Of a DNA stretch of 64,000 nt, positions 1 through 14,510 are shown piece after piece. Every line of letters starts with the position of its first letter. Position 1 is the stretch's first letter. The DNA is from Octopus sinensis (taxonomy: Eukaryota): the NCBI RefSeq assembly GCF_006345805.1, contig NC_043001.1, forward strand, positions 80,972,001-81,036,000. Direction: 5' to 3'. The notes beneath the pieces were generated by a model that did not search any database, had not been told where the DNA came from, and saw nothing but the letters and a program-made list of their open reading frames with translations. Position numbers and translations under genes: made by a program.

Positions 1-1478
1 TGCCTGCAACAGACATAGCAATGGTTGTTTGTGATTAATCGTGGTGATAGATGGATAGAGATGATGAAAGAGGCAATGGTGGTGGCAGCTGATACTAGTG
101 ATGGTGGTTGTACCGTTGTATTTGCTTGTAGGGGATAGTAATGGTAGTAGTGATGGTTCTAGTGGACAGTGATGGTGGTAGTAGTGGGTTGTAGTGGATG
201 GTGATGCTAGAGGTAGTGGATGGTGATGGTAGTGGTCATTGTAGTGGACTGTTGTGGTGTCAGTAGTAGTAACGGTGGTGGTGGTAGTAGTAGTAGTAGT
301 AAGTTTGCTAGTGGTGGTGGGAGTCACGGCAATAGCAGCAGCAGCTGCAAGAATGACAATTGTAAAACAGAGAGGTGTGTTCCACTCTTCATTTCTCTTT
401 CACATCTACAGCCCTCATGACATTTTTATTTTAGCAGTCACTTCACCCCTACCCTACATAATTTCTAAAGATGATAACAAGAACAACAACACTTATAATA
501 AGCCTATGGCACCAGCACCAAGCACAGTTAATAGTTGACCAGCATTTTCATTTATATATATCTGTGTATTTGTATGTGTGTGTGTGTGTGTGTATTTCTA
601 GTTTACCTTCATCTTCCCCTGAGGCATCTTATACAATTTGTGTCCACCTTTCCTTGTGGAAACCATGATCCATGGAGTGATGGGCATGTGTGGAGGGGAG
701 TGACGAAGGTATTGAAGAAGTTGTTGGATGATTGTGGTTGGCAGTTGAGTCCCTGGGCGGAGGCTGCTTATATGTTTGTGTCTGAGAAATGGAGTGTGAT
801 GAAAGATAGTAAATAAGAAAGTTTTGAGAGATAGGGAGAGAGCACAAGTAGGAAAAACTGAAATGTGTTAGAGAAATAAGGGGCTTTTGCTGGCATTTGT
901 GTGCGTGTATCTTTCTGAGTCTTTGTGTGTATGTATGTATGTCTCTCTTTGTGTGCATCTGTGCACGTGTGTGTATTTCTGCATGCATCTGTATGTGTGT
1001 GCATGTGTATGTGTGAAACTGTTGACAGAACATGAAAGCTGCAGATATTAATATGTGAAGTGGGATGTGGGAATGGAGTGCTGTAGGTAGGTAGGTAGGT
1101 TGGTTGGTTGATAGTAGGGGTAATGTGTATGAAGCAGAAACAGAGAAGAAATGACCACTGGCTCGTAAAAGTTCTGATAGGATGTGGGCATGGTGTGTGT
1201 GTGTGTGTGTGTGTGTGTAGGAGGGATGGTAAACTGTCCAGAATAGTGGCAAGGATAGTAAGGGATAGGATAAGGGTCAGGTGAATGGTGGATCGTTCTA
1301 ATGTTCAAGGGAAAAGATATATTAAGTTTGAAGAAGAAAGGAGGAAATAAAAAATGAGTGGGAAGAGGAGGGGTGGGGAAAGGAGGAAGAAGAGGAAAAC
1401 AAATCTTTTTGTATGTGCGTGTATTTCCAAGGATTGAAAATACAGAAGCACTTATACCCATACATACATACTATATAT

Positions 1479-1523
<45 letters not shown>

Positions 1524-1529
1524 CACACA

Positions 1530-1575
<46 letters not shown>

Positions 1576-1599
1576 GTATGTATGTATGGGTATAAGTGC

Positions 1600-2180
1600 T
1601 TCTGTATTTCTGCCACTGAGGTTTACTTTGCTTTTCATAGTTTCAGGGTTGATGAAGTAAGTACCAGTTGAGCTCTGAAGTTGATGTAATCAACTTACAT
1701 GCTGCTCTGAACTTGCTGGCGATGTGCCAAAATATGAAACCATTATTATTAGGGTGGTGAGCTGATAGCATCATTAGCATGTTGGACAAAATACTTAGCA
1801 GTATTTTATTAGCCTATATGTTTTGAGTTCAAATTCTACTGAGGTCGACTTTCCCTTTCATACTTTCAGGGTTCATAGAATAAGTACCAGTTGCATTCTG
1901 GGCCAGCACCCTCCCACTAAATTTCAGGGCTTGTACTTATAGTAGAAAGGATTATTCCTAGCATGCTAGGTCACACCATTGTTAATGCATCAGGGAAAAT
2001 GCTTAGCAGCAGTTTTTTCCAGCTCTGTTCTGAGTTCAAATTCTGCTGAGGTTGACTTTGGTTTTCATCCTTTCAAGGTCAGTAAAAGTAATTACCCGTA
2101 AAGTACTTGGGTTGATGTGATTAACTCACCCACACCCCTTAAATTTGCTGGCCTTGTGCCAAAATTTGAAAGCAATATTT
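1600..2180 (+). mobile_element. Head-to-tail cluster of ~3 degraded SINE family A copies (tRNA-derived)
   Basis: Repeated blocks GAGTTCAAATTC..CTGAGGT(C/T)GACTTT..TTTCAT..TTTCAGGGT..AAGTACCAGTT match the intact copy at 27262-27490; copies are separated by ATTATT tails. Confidence 0.8.
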
Positions 2181-2780
2181 TTAGAATATTGAGTGGTTAC
2201 AGAGAGGGTTGCCTTGTTGGTTCAAGATTAAGTTTCTTGCATGACATAAAGTTGAATAAATTAAAGTTGAGTTTTATTTGTCCCATTCATTTTTTTGAAA
2301 GAAAGCAGAAAAAAAAAGAACAATATAAAGTCACAAAAGATGGAGCTTTGAAACAACATAAATTGAGGTATGCCTTTGTGTGTGTGTGTCTGTGTGTGTG
2401 TAGGGCTTCCTTACTTGAAACCAATAGTAGCCTTAAGATACTAAGAAAAGAATTTTTATTCACCAATGCAGTGTTGAGCATTCTCATTGTTTGATATTTA
2501 CGTGTATGTGTGTATATAGAATAAATGAAAAATGTATGGTAGATAAACATACGACATAACATATCGTATATATGTATATATTTAGGTGTGTGTCCTTGTG
2601 TCTGTGTTTGTATACCCCATCATTTGATGTGGTTTGGCAAAAGAGGCTGATAGAATAAGTATTAGGCTTACAAAGAATAAGTCCTGGGGTTGATTTCTTT
2701 AACTAAAACCCTTTAATGTGGTGCTCCAGCATGGCTGCAGTCAAATGACTGAAACAAGTAAAAGAATAAATAAAAGAATG

Positions 2781-2821
<41 letters not shown>

Positions 2822-2830
2822 CACACATAG

Positions 2831-2899
<69 letters not shown>

Positions 2900-2918
2900 G
2901 ATGTATATACAAATATAT

Positions 2919-2965
<47 letters not shown>

Positions 2966-4964
2966 CATTATATATTTGAAAGATAAACAGACCATGTCCT
3001 TACAATGGTGAACTATTACTTGGTGGATGACACAAGGTTATGTTGACTACTAGATACAAGTCATTATGTTTGTTACTTCGCTTTTTTTAAAAAAATTTTT
3101 CTTTTACTAGTTGTCTATTGTCATATTGACTTGTCTTGATTGTACTTTTGGAGTAAAAGAAATATAAAAGTAAGCTAAAAAAAAGATTGCATAAAAAAAC
3201 CACTATTCTATAAACTCACTCTATTGATTGATGACTAATGCTGAAATATTTTTTTTACTCCCTCTTTATTTCGTTTTTATTTCTATTAAAGAAAAATTAG
3301 GTATGTGTAAAGAAAGAGACAAATAGAAATATCAGAAAAAGCATATCTTAGCTTCTTGGGAGAAAAAAAAAGTTTTTTTTTTTCTCTGGTGTATTTTTGT
3401 GACATTGTTGTGATTCTTAGCGCAGTTCTTGAACAGAAATCTAAACACACTTTCAACACCATTCCATTGCCAATATTTTCATCACTCATTCCTTTTTCTC
3501 ACTCAAGGCTGACTCTTTTATTTAAGAGTACATCTTACCATTAACAGTACATCGTAACCATACTGTGCTTACCCCTGGCCTATCCTGTTTGAGTGTGTAA
3601 TGTGTGCATGAATGCATTAAAAGACAGACATTTATACATATACACACTCACTCTGGCATGTGGAGAGCTATGTACACCTACACGTTTAGTATGTGGATAT
3701 TCTCACATGCTATATTTGTTTCGTATCCAAGTAAACAAATAAACTATCCATTTTTTTAAACATCTACCCTAGAATGTTCTTTTAAAACAGTCCCCCTTGT
3801 TCTTTTAATTCTTTTCCTACCAACTTTCAAGACTGCCCCTGGTATATTAGGATAAAAATCCCATGTTTTGAAGTTACCTGAATGAAAACCTTCCATTAAA
3901 ATTTCATATTCCATATTTTTTGTGGCTCACAAGTCAAATTAAAAAAAAAAAAGTTTACAGCTCCCCAAATAGTAGGTTGACTTTATATGCCTAGACGACT
4001 TCAGAGTCTCAAAAATTCTATGTGAAATGCAGTAGGATTTGGAAAGACAATGGTGATATTTGAATGTTTGTACTATATACTGCATTGACTTCTGTGGCAG
4101 GGTATATGGTAATTTAAGTTCCAATTACCAACTTAATGAAAGACTAAATTTTTTCATTATCATCATCATCATCATCATCATTTAATGTATTTTTTACATG
4201 CTCCCATGGATCAGACAGGATTTGTTCAGGCAGATTTTTGTAGTCTTCTGCCTGTTCAGTCTTCTGCCTGGTCAGCTCCTGTCAAATTGTCAGCATGGAA
4301 GGCAGACATTAAAAGATGATGATGATGATGATGGCTGGAACAAAAGGAAAGCATTTCAAGTCAAAATATGGTAACAAAAGGGTTAAACAACCACCCACCT
4401 TAGACACTTTATTTATACAGTTGCCTACCCCACAAATGCTCTTTTAAATGTCCACCCAACCTCGAATGTTCTTGCTGTAGTTAGAGGCAATTAATGAAAT
4501 TCATACACCACTCCAAGTTCTCTTCTGTAAGAACATCTAATCCCCAACTCTCATGAATGCAGATTTTAGTGGTGGTGGTGGTGCTGCTGCTGCTATTGCT
4601 ATTTGTTTTGTTACCATGGTAATATTCACAACTGTTGTGCACTCTCACATGCATGTGTGTGTGTGCGTGTGTGTATGTATGTGTTTCTACTTAACCCAAA
4701 TAACTGCAAGCTCTTCACCTTTCACCTCTCCTTGTTTTCTTACTCCCTTCACCTTCCATTTTACCTCATCAACTTCGAATTCTGACCTTTTCCTGATGAT
4801 GCTAAATGTTTTCTCTCTCACTCATTCACTCACACATCCACACATACACATACACACCGATGCATGCAAACACCTCTATACGAATGTGCATGTACATACT
4901 TCTCTGCAGAAAATACATGTGTCCACTATCTCAAATGTACATCTATACACAACACATATAGCAA

Positions 4965-5120
4965 TATATATATATATTATATATATATATATATAATATA
5001 TATTATATGTAATATATATATATATTATATGTATATTATATATATTATATGTATATATATATATATATTATATGTATATATATATATATTATATGTATTA
5101 TATATATATATTATTATATG

Positions 5121-5151
<31 letters not shown>

Positions 5152-5202
5152 TATATATATATATATTATATGTATATATATATATATTATATGTATATAT
5201 AT

Positions 5203-5235
<33 letters not shown>

Positions 5236-5259
5236 TATATGTATATATATATATATATA

Positions 5260-5290
<31 letters not shown>
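4965..5290. repeat. Compound (TA)n satellite with recurring TATTATATG unit
   Basis: Seen directly in sequence. Confidence 0.9.
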
Positions 5291-5435
5291 CATCTGTGTG
5301 TGTGTAATTATATATATGCATATCTTTTACTTGTTTGTAGTCATTGGACTATGCCCATGCTGGAGCACCACCTTGAAAGTTTTAGTCAACAAAATTGACT
5401 TCAGTACTTATTGTTTTGAAACCCAGTACTTTTTA

Positions 5436-5637
5436 TGAGGGGGTAGTAAAAAGTTCCTGGTTTTAAGGGTTTTGTGAAAGGCTTGGTTGGAGGCCCAACC
5501 CTCTGAGTTCTTTTACAGGGCTTAGAAAAACTAAAGGACCATTAATTGTGTGAATCTGTGAGGGGAATATGTTGAATAAAATCATAAATAACTGTTTTTC
5601 TTTTACCCAAAGCCAAGTGCTTTTCAGCATCCCCTCA
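5436..5637 (+). mobile_element. Tc1/mariner-derived MITE nested in a family B SINE
   Basis: Imperfect TIRs TGAGGGGGTAGTAAAAAGTTCCTGG / CCAAGTGCTTTTCAGCATCCCCTCA; TA on both flanks (5434-5435, 5638-5639); the interior resembles a frameshifted mariner transposase C-terminus (QGLEKLKD..CVNL.GEYVE*). Confidence 0.85.
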
Positions 5638-5819
5638 TATTGTTCACTTTTTGCTGACTTAAACCATGTGGTTAAGAAGCAAGTTTCTTACAGCACATGT
5701 GTCTCATAGCCTTTTGACATTAACCAGCCCCAACCAGATCCCTTCTGGTTCTTCTGGCTGTTTGATACAAAATCATCTTACTCCTTAACAACCTTTTGTT
5801 ATATACTAAACAGCTTAAT

Positions 5820-6044
5820 CCCTTATGTTACCAACTTGCCTGAAACTGCCCCAAGTTCTATGATATAAATAAATCTACCATTTGAAAAGGGTTTGAATTA
5901 TAATCTTCCTTGAAAATTTTATGTTAAATTGTTCCAGGCTCCAGCTTAATAATTAGAAAGTTATTTTACTTAAATTCTTCATTGTTTTAAAAAGTAATTG
6001 AAACAAAGGCAGCAAATGTTAACAGAAATATGGTAACAAAAGGG
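5820..6044 (-). mobile_element. TTAA-type MITE family 1 (CCCTTT..GTTACCA termini)
   Basis: Reverse complement of the copies at 7091-7309 and 31984-32178. Confidence 0.7.
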
Positions 6045-6210
6045 GAAAGGTACCAATAAGTGACAGTTATTTTACTAAATCCCTCCAGATTGCATATTAT
6101 TTTCAAAAATAATTAAACCACAAGTTCATTCTTAAAGAAATATGAGGGTAATAGGGTTAAAGCTAATTGATATATCAATAATATTCATTTTAAATATGTA
6201 GTAGTTTAAA

Positions 6211-6397
6211 CCCTTGTGCATTTAAACCAGCCATACCCAGCTGAAATATTCTACTTGTTTTATGTTCATGCTGGTCAGATCTGGCTTCTCATATCTGTCC
6301 TACAATGTCATTCTAAAAATAAACAATCACATCATTAAAATCAGCAATGTGAGTAAATAAGCATTACATTTGCCAGACTAATTTGAATGCTAGAGGG
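6211..6397 (+). mobile_element. TTAA-type (piggyBac-like) MITE family 2
   Basis: CCCT..GCATT / AATGC..AGGG termini with TTAA on the right flank; homologous copy at ~56970-57197 and a partial copy at 63931-64000. Confidence 0.75.
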
Positions 6398-6950
6398 TTA
6401 ATGTGGGTGATGTTTAATGGATAATGTACTCATCTGTAGCATTGGTGGAGTATTAATGATTAGTTAACTATGCACTCCAAATTACACTCCTCTTACACCT
6501 CCCCCCTCACTTAGTATATTTTGACTCAATTTGTCACTCTTCCAGCTTCTCTATGTGCCTTTTAATGCTTCTACAATGTTTCAGTTCATGCAAATAAACT
6601 ATAGAACACACACACAGGCTTCCTACATGCCTATGATGGATTCTCCCATCGGAGATGACATGTAAGCATTTAGCTTTTGTCAATCAACCTGCACAAATGA
6701 TCTGTTTCTAGTGATCAAATGTTCATGTCACACATGAGCTCACTCTCTCCGTCAAATTGACATTGACTGAACAGGTGCACTGTGTACCACGTGTCAGGTG
6801 TCGAAGTGATTACAGAGCAACGTGAGATGAAGTGTTTTGCTCAAGAATGCAACACACCACCTGGTCTAGGGTTTGAAATCATGATCTAGTGATTGTGAGT
6901 ACAACACCCTAATCACTAAGCCATGTGCCCTCACTATATATATGTGTATG

Positions 6951-6993
<43 letters not shown>

Positions 6994-7090
6994 GGCTTCC
7001 TGTAGTTTCCATTGACAAGGAGGTTGATCAGTCTGAAACTATACTAGAAAACACCTGCTCCACTGCCTGGAACTATGCAGCCTTATTGAA

Positions 7091-7309
7091 CCCTTTTATT
7101 ACCCTATTTCAGTTGAAATATACTGCCTCTGTTTTAATATATGCTGAAAATAATGAAGAATTTCGTAAAATAAAATTATCATTATTAGACTGGTGTTTGG
7201 AACATAAATAACTAAAAATTTTGGTGGAAGGTTTTAATGTCGATCCCTTTAAAACAGAATTTGTATCATAGAACTAGGAGCGAGCAGTTTCAAGTTGGTT
7301 ACAAAAGGG
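7091..7309 (+). mobile_element. TTAA-type MITE family 1
   Basis: CCCTTTT...AAAAGGG termini followed by TTAA; several homologous copies in the window. Confidence 0.75.
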
Positions 7310-7699
7310 TTAAGAGGAACCCTGCTAACCCAGTTAGTGGGAAGGCATTATAAAAGAAATGTCTTAAGCATCACTTGTTCCACAAGCTGCTCATATCACC
7401 GTGGCAACATTAACATCAATGAAAAACTAAGCAACACCATTAAAATATGTATGCAAATAGGTTAATTTAACTTTGGCAAAAAAGAAAAACACTTTATTAT
7501 AATAAATTTATTCAACATATATTTGTGTATAAATCTCTCTCTCTCTCTGTATAAATCTCTTTCTCTCTATATATATATATAAATCCCCCATCTCTCTCTC
7601 TCTCTCCCTCCTACTGAGGTAGCCATTTATTTTATTTTCTGCAAGATGCTTATTTCTGTCCCTGTACTCATACTCTAACCTCTCATCTAGCACAAGGCC

Positions 7700-7975
7700 A
7701 CCTTCCTTAATACCACTACTCCCTTCAATTGAGACAGCAGGTGGGGTCTTGTCATGTAAATTATTTGGTGACCTCACTGCTGTTGGTGCCACATAAAAAG
7801 CCCCTAGTTCACTCTGTAAATTGCTTGGCATTAGGAGGAGCACCCAGCTGTAAAAAAACAATACCAAACCAGACAGTAGATTTTGGTGCAGTCTTCTGAC
7901 TTGCCAGCACCTGTCAAATTGTCCAACCCATGCCAGCAAAAACAGAAAAATAAAAACTGACATGAAATTATGAAG
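7700..7975 (+). mobile_element. SINE-like repeat family C
   Basis: GGTGCCACATAAAAAGC..CTGTAAA..GGCATTAGGA..CCAGCTGTA..GTCCAACCCATGCCAGC blocks shared with 45960-46285 and 52910-53145. Confidence 0.75.
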
Positions 7976-7987
7976 ATGTTTTATATA

Positions 7988-8164
7988 GGAATGGGTGTGG
8001 CTGTGTGGTAAGAAGCTTGCTTCCTAACCACATGGTTCCAGGTTCAGTCCCACTGTGTGGCACTTTGGAAAAGTGTCTTCTCCTATAGCCTCGGGCCAAC
8101 CAAAACTTTGTAAGTGGATGTGGTAGACGGAAACTGAAAGAAGCCTATCATTTATATATATATA

Positions 8165-8202
<38 letters not shown>

Positions 8203-8412
8203 TTATGTGTATGGGTGTTTGTGACTGTCTGTACCCCCACCATCGCTTGACAACTGATGTTGGTGTGTTTATGTCCCTGAAACTTAGCAGTTCAGCAAAA
8301 GAGACTGATGGAATAAGTACAAGGCTTACATAGAATAAGTCGTAGTGTCAATTTCTTCGACTAAAGATGGTGCTCCAGCATGGCCACAGTCAAATGACTG
8401 AAACATGTAAAA
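7988..8412 (+). mobile_element. Full-length SINE family B (tRNA head, CORE-like block, internal TA microsatellite)
   Basis: TGGCTGTGTGGTAAGAAGC A-box-like and GGTTCAGTCCC B-box-like motifs; body matches the reverse complement of 22735-23129; ends CAGTCAAATGACTGAAAC. Confidence 0.85.
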
Positions 8413-8447
<35 letters not shown>

Positions 8448-8543
8448 AAATAGTAATCATTTTAGCATCCACTTTTCTGTGTTTCATTGGTTAGACTAAA
8501 TTTGTTGAAGCAGGTTTTATATGGTCAGATGTCTTTACCAAAT

Positions 8544-9564
8544 GCAAGCAGAAAATGTCAAACAATGTTCACAAGCAAGAGGAGAATCTTCATATATATG
8601 ACATGACACCCAAGATGCCTATTAAACTATACATAACAGGTCCATTTAGCTGAAGTCTTTATAGTAAACACACAGCTCTAAAAACACAGATCCTTAGCTA
8701 AACTATTCTCATTTATAACTATTATTAATATTAGTGTCTTGTCTTTCAGATTATATGAGTCGATATGGCTTGTTTGAATATATATGTGTGTGTGTGTGTA
8801 TGTGTGTCTGTTCATTTGTGTGTGTGTTCTTTTCCATGCAGAGTTGTTTCCTAGCAGGGTAGTATTTCCCCATGCTAAGCATATTTGTACTGACGATTGG
8901 AAAGGAACAACACCACTTGTAAGATGGTGGTGCTCGTTTACAGCTACAGATGTAACACAGTGTTGAGACAAGGAAGCACACACACACACGCATGCATGCA
9001 TACATAACCCACATCCACATGGAGAATAGACATTAAATGATTATATATACACGCTATGGGCTTTTTCAGTTTCTTTCTTCTAAATCCACTCACAAGGATT
9101 TGCTTGGCTTGAATCTATTGCAGAAAACACTTCCACAAGGTGTGTATGTGTTAGTGTGTGCATGCATGTGTATGCTTGAGCTTATATAAACATATGTATG
9201 TAGAGAAAGAAATCACTCATAACTACATGACTGTATGCTGGAGGAAACAAAGCCACTGTCTCTGAGATTGATTGCAACAACTCTGCATGGAAAAGAACAC
9301 ACACACAAATGCACACACACACATATTCAAGCATAAAGCCATATCAACTCACATAATCTGAAAGACAAGACACTAATATTAATAATAGTTATAAATGAGA
9401 ATAGTTTAGCTGAGCTTCTGTGTTTTTAGAGCTGTGTGTTTACTATAAAGATTCCAGCTAAATGGACCTGTTGTGTATAGTTTAATAGGCAGCTCGGGTG
9501 TCATGTCTTATAATATGAAGTTTCTGCTCTTGCTTGTGGACATTGTTTGACATTTTCCTCTTGC
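8544..9564. repeat. Inverted repeat with ~300-bp arms (8544-8848 / 9276-9564)
   Basis: For example AGCTAAACTATTCTCATTTATAACTATTATTAATATTAGTGTCTTGTCTTTCAGATTAT occurs as its exact reverse complement in the right arm. Confidence 0.92.
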
Positions 9565-11052
9565 TTTCAGGCAATCCTATTATGTATACAAACGCACGCA
9601 CTACTGGTGTGGGAGATGGATGGAGAGAGAGGCAGTGATAGAGAGATGGGGAGCATGATGTGGGAGAAGAGAAAGATTGGGAGCATGGTGTTGCAAGAAA
9701 AAAGATAGAGAGAGAGAGAGAGGAATGGTTGTAGAGGACAAGGTGAGACAAGGCTTCTGTTATAGACATGGGTTGATATAGTATTTGTAAGACTTGCATT
9801 TAATAACAAAAGATACATTGCCACTAACAATAATGGTGGTTTTTATCTTTTTGTTAGTTTTGCAATTTGTCCTCTCTGTGTGTGTATGTGTATGTATGAA
9901 TTTGTGTACACACATTGTAATTCTTTGTCGGTATTTGCCCTCTGAAAAGTTTCTTCCTTGCCTTTCAATTGAGGCCTTTTGAATATATAGTATGCATGTG
10001 CACATCCGTATGTTTGCATTTTTTATGTTTGATCATGTTTGTGTTTTTTTTTTTTTTTTTTTTTTCTGCACATGTAGAGTCTCTGAATTATGTTCTCTCA
10101 ATTCACACACGTATATATACTTGCATAGATACATATACATATAAAGAGGGTTGGAAGAAGACATAAAATAAAATAAATAAAAAATAGCTTTAAGATTACT
10201 GTAGGTTCTGCTAAAATAGAGAGCAAAGTTGATATTACCATGGGTTGTAAGATAGTGGGGAAGGGTTGAGGGCTATGTTGTGTGTGTGTGTGAATGCTGG
10301 TTGTTTCCCTGTTCCATTTGTGTGTTTGTTTAATGGTGAGTATGATGTCCTTACAGAAGTCTTGTATATTTTGGTGGTATTTGTTCATCTGCTTGACAAG
10401 CTCACAGAATTGTTTGTATGTTGCACAAAATGCATAGCACCTTCCAACTCTTTATGTTCCCAGTTCAAATTCTTCCAACTCTTTACGTTCTCAGTTCAAA
10501 TTCTTCACAAGGCTGACTTTACTGTCCCTCCTTTCGGGGTTGATAAACTGGAGCAACAGCTAAGCACATAGTTTGAATGTATTGATCTCATTCCTACTGG
10601 TGCCAGTATATTCTGTAAAGTGGTTGATGTTAAGAAGGGCATGCAGCCAAAGAAACTATATCAAAATAGACAGCAGGGTTTAATCTAGTCTTCTGATTTG
10701 CCAGTTCTTGTAGAACCATTCAACATATGGCATGCATAGAGAACAGTCATTAAATGATGAGGATATATATATATTTAGTGAAAGAAAATATTCTATCTCT
10801 GCTTTGTTTGCTGTATATATAGGTATAAATGTTTTTATGCTTAGTTATATATATAAAATTATTAAATTGAAGGATTTCTCAATACTTAGAGTATATATTT
10901 ATTAATTCTTATAGGGAAAAAGATAGCAGTAACTTTAAGGTTTCAGTTTGCTCCTCTCCATCAGACAACCCAATGAAGGCAAACAATCCCAAACTTTAAA
11001 GTCACTATCAGCAGTCTTTTCCTCGCAAAAATAAATTTCTCCCTCTCATGCA

Positions 11053-11096
<44 letters not shown>

Positions 11097-11159
11097 CATG
11101 TGTCCATGTGTCTCCATATATAAATGTATGCATGAGTGTATGTATGCATATGGATATGT

Positions 11160-11203
<44 letters not shown>

Positions 11204-11400
11204 TATATATATACATACATGTATGTATGTGTATATAAATGTATGCATGAGTGTATGTATGCATATGAATATGTATGTATGTATGTGTATATATATATAT
11301 ATATACATACATGTATGCATGTGTATGTATATATACATATATATATATATGTGTGCATGTTTGTGTGTGTATGTATAAATATATATGTGTGTGTGTGTGC

Positions 11401-11438
<38 letters not shown>

Positions 11439-12221
11439 TAGAATATGGACGTTGTTGCTCGTGGCATTACATTGTGTACATGCTTATTGATGCATTTATG
11501 CAAATCAACATTTATGTGGTGGGGTACATTGTAGAGGTGGCTGTTATATTTTGAGTGACTACTTGAGGAACCACTTGAGTGAAGGTCAGGTTGTTTCATT
11601 TAAGTAATATTTCATCATTATATATATTTCTTCTCCCCATCTCCACCCACCTGTACCTCACCTACAATTCACCCCGGGTGGTGAAGTTTTTAACATTTTT
11701 TACATTCTGTCTTTTATTCTTGTATATCCTTTTATTTTCAGTGTCCTCCTCTCACCCATTCTATTTTCCCCTTTCACTCTCCTTGCTTATCTCCTCCTCA
11801 TACACATGTGCATAATGCATTCTATGCATGGATGCGTGCATACTCAAAAACTTGTACGTTTACTCATTCAATACTTAAAATGCATATATTTTAAAGGTAA
11901 ATGATTCCCCTCCACCCCACTCCACACACTCACACACTGCTAATATACAAATAAAATACAAATAAAATGTTTTTCCCTACATGTAGATCATGCATATATA
12001 TTTCATGTATACATTTACACACATACACACACACACACTGCTAATATATATATAGTCCGTTATGCACACACAAATACATACATTTATCTGTACATATACA
12101 TACATCCACATATACATACTTGCAGTGGATCATGCATATATATTTTATGTATGCATTTACACATAGACACACATTTTCTTTCTCTCTTTCACACTTCTAT
12201 GTATTGTCTAACATGCACATG

Positions 12222-12255
<34 letters not shown>

Positions 12256-13486
12256 TACATACATGCACACAAACATATTCACACACACGAACATTTATAT
12301 GCACACACATGAACATTCATACACACACACATATGAGCATTCATACACACACACGAATATTCATACACACACACATATGACCATATACAGATGCATACAT
12401 ATTCATTTATATAGATTCACAAACATACTGCTAATATTTATAGTCTAGCAACTGGGCACTCATATACATACACGCATTAATCACATAACACACACATTCA
12501 CAGTCAACATAAATTCCCTTTACATTTACACACATGCATCAAATACATATACATGCAAGTACATACACGCACACTCCATACACAATATTAAGTTAGTTCT
12601 TCATATTGAAATGCCAAAGACAGCAAGGATAATCTTTTCTTAAAAAGAAAAAGTAGGAAATGAATCCAATGAAAGTGGGTGTGGTAGGAGCTAGTGGTAG
12701 TGGTGTTGATGTTGGTAGTGGTGGTGTTTGCGATGGTGGTGGTAGTGATGAAGGTGTAGTAGGCACAAGATGAACTACATGTGATTCTGCCATTTTAATT
12801 GCTCTAGGGTGTGTGTGTGTAGATGAAGAGAGAGTGAGAGAGAGAGGGGGAAAGAGAGGGAGAGAGAGAGGGAATCTGTTTCAGTGCTGGTGTGGAAAGT
12901 CCTAGGATTTGGTTTTGTGGTGTGTGTGTGTGTGTGTGCGCGCGCATGCATGCATACCCTAAGTAAGGCAGTGTTTAAACATGTCTTGATATCAGAAAAC
13001 CTGGATGGCCAGTTTAACTATTATGATATGCACAGTCTCACACACATATATATATGTATGTGTGTGTGTGTGTATGCTCATAATTTTAACATGTTTTTCA
13101 TGCTGGTATAGGTTAGAGAGAAAGATGTATAAATGGATAGACAGATGGGTGGATACATAGATAGACAGACAGACAGACAGACAGATAGATAGATAGTGCA
13201 CGTGTGCTTGTGTGTGTCTACATGCATCTTATTCTTGTCTGATTTTCCTTAACAGTTTTCCTCCTTGAGAATCTATGAATTCCAGTAACAGACGCATGTC
13301 ATTCTGTTTTAGTTTTAACTTCCTTCATTTTCTCCTTCAGTAGTGTACACTTGGACTCTCCATATGTCTGTATTGAGGTCTATAAATTCTGAGCTTTATG
13401 CACAATACATACTCCAGCACATATACACTTGCAAATATATTTGCATTCCATACTGCATGTATACATTCCATTCACACCTTGTAGTA

Positions 13487-13735
13487 GAGGCACATGGCTT
13501 AGTGGTTGGAGTGTTGGACTCCTGATCATAAGATTGTGGTTTTGATTCCTGGACTGGGTGACACATTGAATTCTTGAGCAAAACACTTCATTTCACATTG
13601 CTCCAGTCCCTGCTGCTGGCAAAAATAGGTAATCCTACAACAGACCAGCATCCCATCCAGGTGGGGAATTTATGCGCCATGGACTTGGAAACTGACCCTT
13701 ATGAGTCAGTTTGACTTGAGAAGGTAAATTTACCT
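13487..13735 (+). mobile_element. SINE family D (tRNA-derived)
   Basis: GGCACATGGCTTAGTGGTT..GATTCCTGG..CTTGAGCAAAACACTTCATTTCACATTGCTCCAGTCC; related copies at ~6810-6935(-), 27040-27605(+), 31185-31395(-) and 63540-63625(-). Confidence 0.8.
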
Positions 13736-13984
13736 TTTTTATTTTATTCACACCTAGATACATAAAAACTGATGTAAACATACACCTTACATTGAATTAC
13801 AAATATTGCTCGACTGCAAGCATCTCTGTGTGGTTAAGAAGTTCGTTTTACAACCACATGGTTTCAGGTTCAATCCCACTGCATGACAACCTGGTTGAAC
13901 GCCTTCTGCTATAGCATCAGACCAAGCAATAGCTTGTGAGTTAATTTGGTAGACAGTGTTGAGAAGCATATGAGTAGTTAGATT

Positions 13985-14510
13985 AATCTTTTCATACCAA
14001 CATACTCAACACTGTTCCTGTTTTATGGTAGAAACTTTCTGTTTTAAAGAGATCTAATTTAAAACCATCTGTCAAATTTCTTTATAATTTTTCTTCTAAA
14101 TAACATGATAATGACTTTATGAAATTCTTCATTAGTTTTTCAAAATTATTTGAAACAAGGGCGGTGACTTTTTATGGAAGTATGGTAACGAAAGGGTTAA
14201 AGTGATCTAAATTAAAACCTGCTGAAAATATTATTTTACAAAATTCTTTGTGATTTTCCATAATCAAGACAGTGAATTTCAAAAGAAGTTTGGTAACAAA
14301 AGTATTAAAGTGATCTAAATTAAAGCCCGCTGTAAAAATGTTTTGTTCTAAATACCAACATAACAAGAAAAATATTTTACAAAATTCCTCATTATCTTTC
14401 ATAATTAATTGAAACAATGGCAGTGAATTTCTACAGAAGTATGGTAACAAAAGTGATCTAAAACACACGCAGTGTATTTCAACAGAAATATAGTAACAAA
14501 TGGGTTGATA
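13985..14510 (-). mobile_element. Rearranged, partly tandem fragments of TTAA-type MITE family 1
   Basis: Four recurrences of a terminal block similar to GAAGTATGGTAACAAAAG(GGTTAA). Confidence 0.65.
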
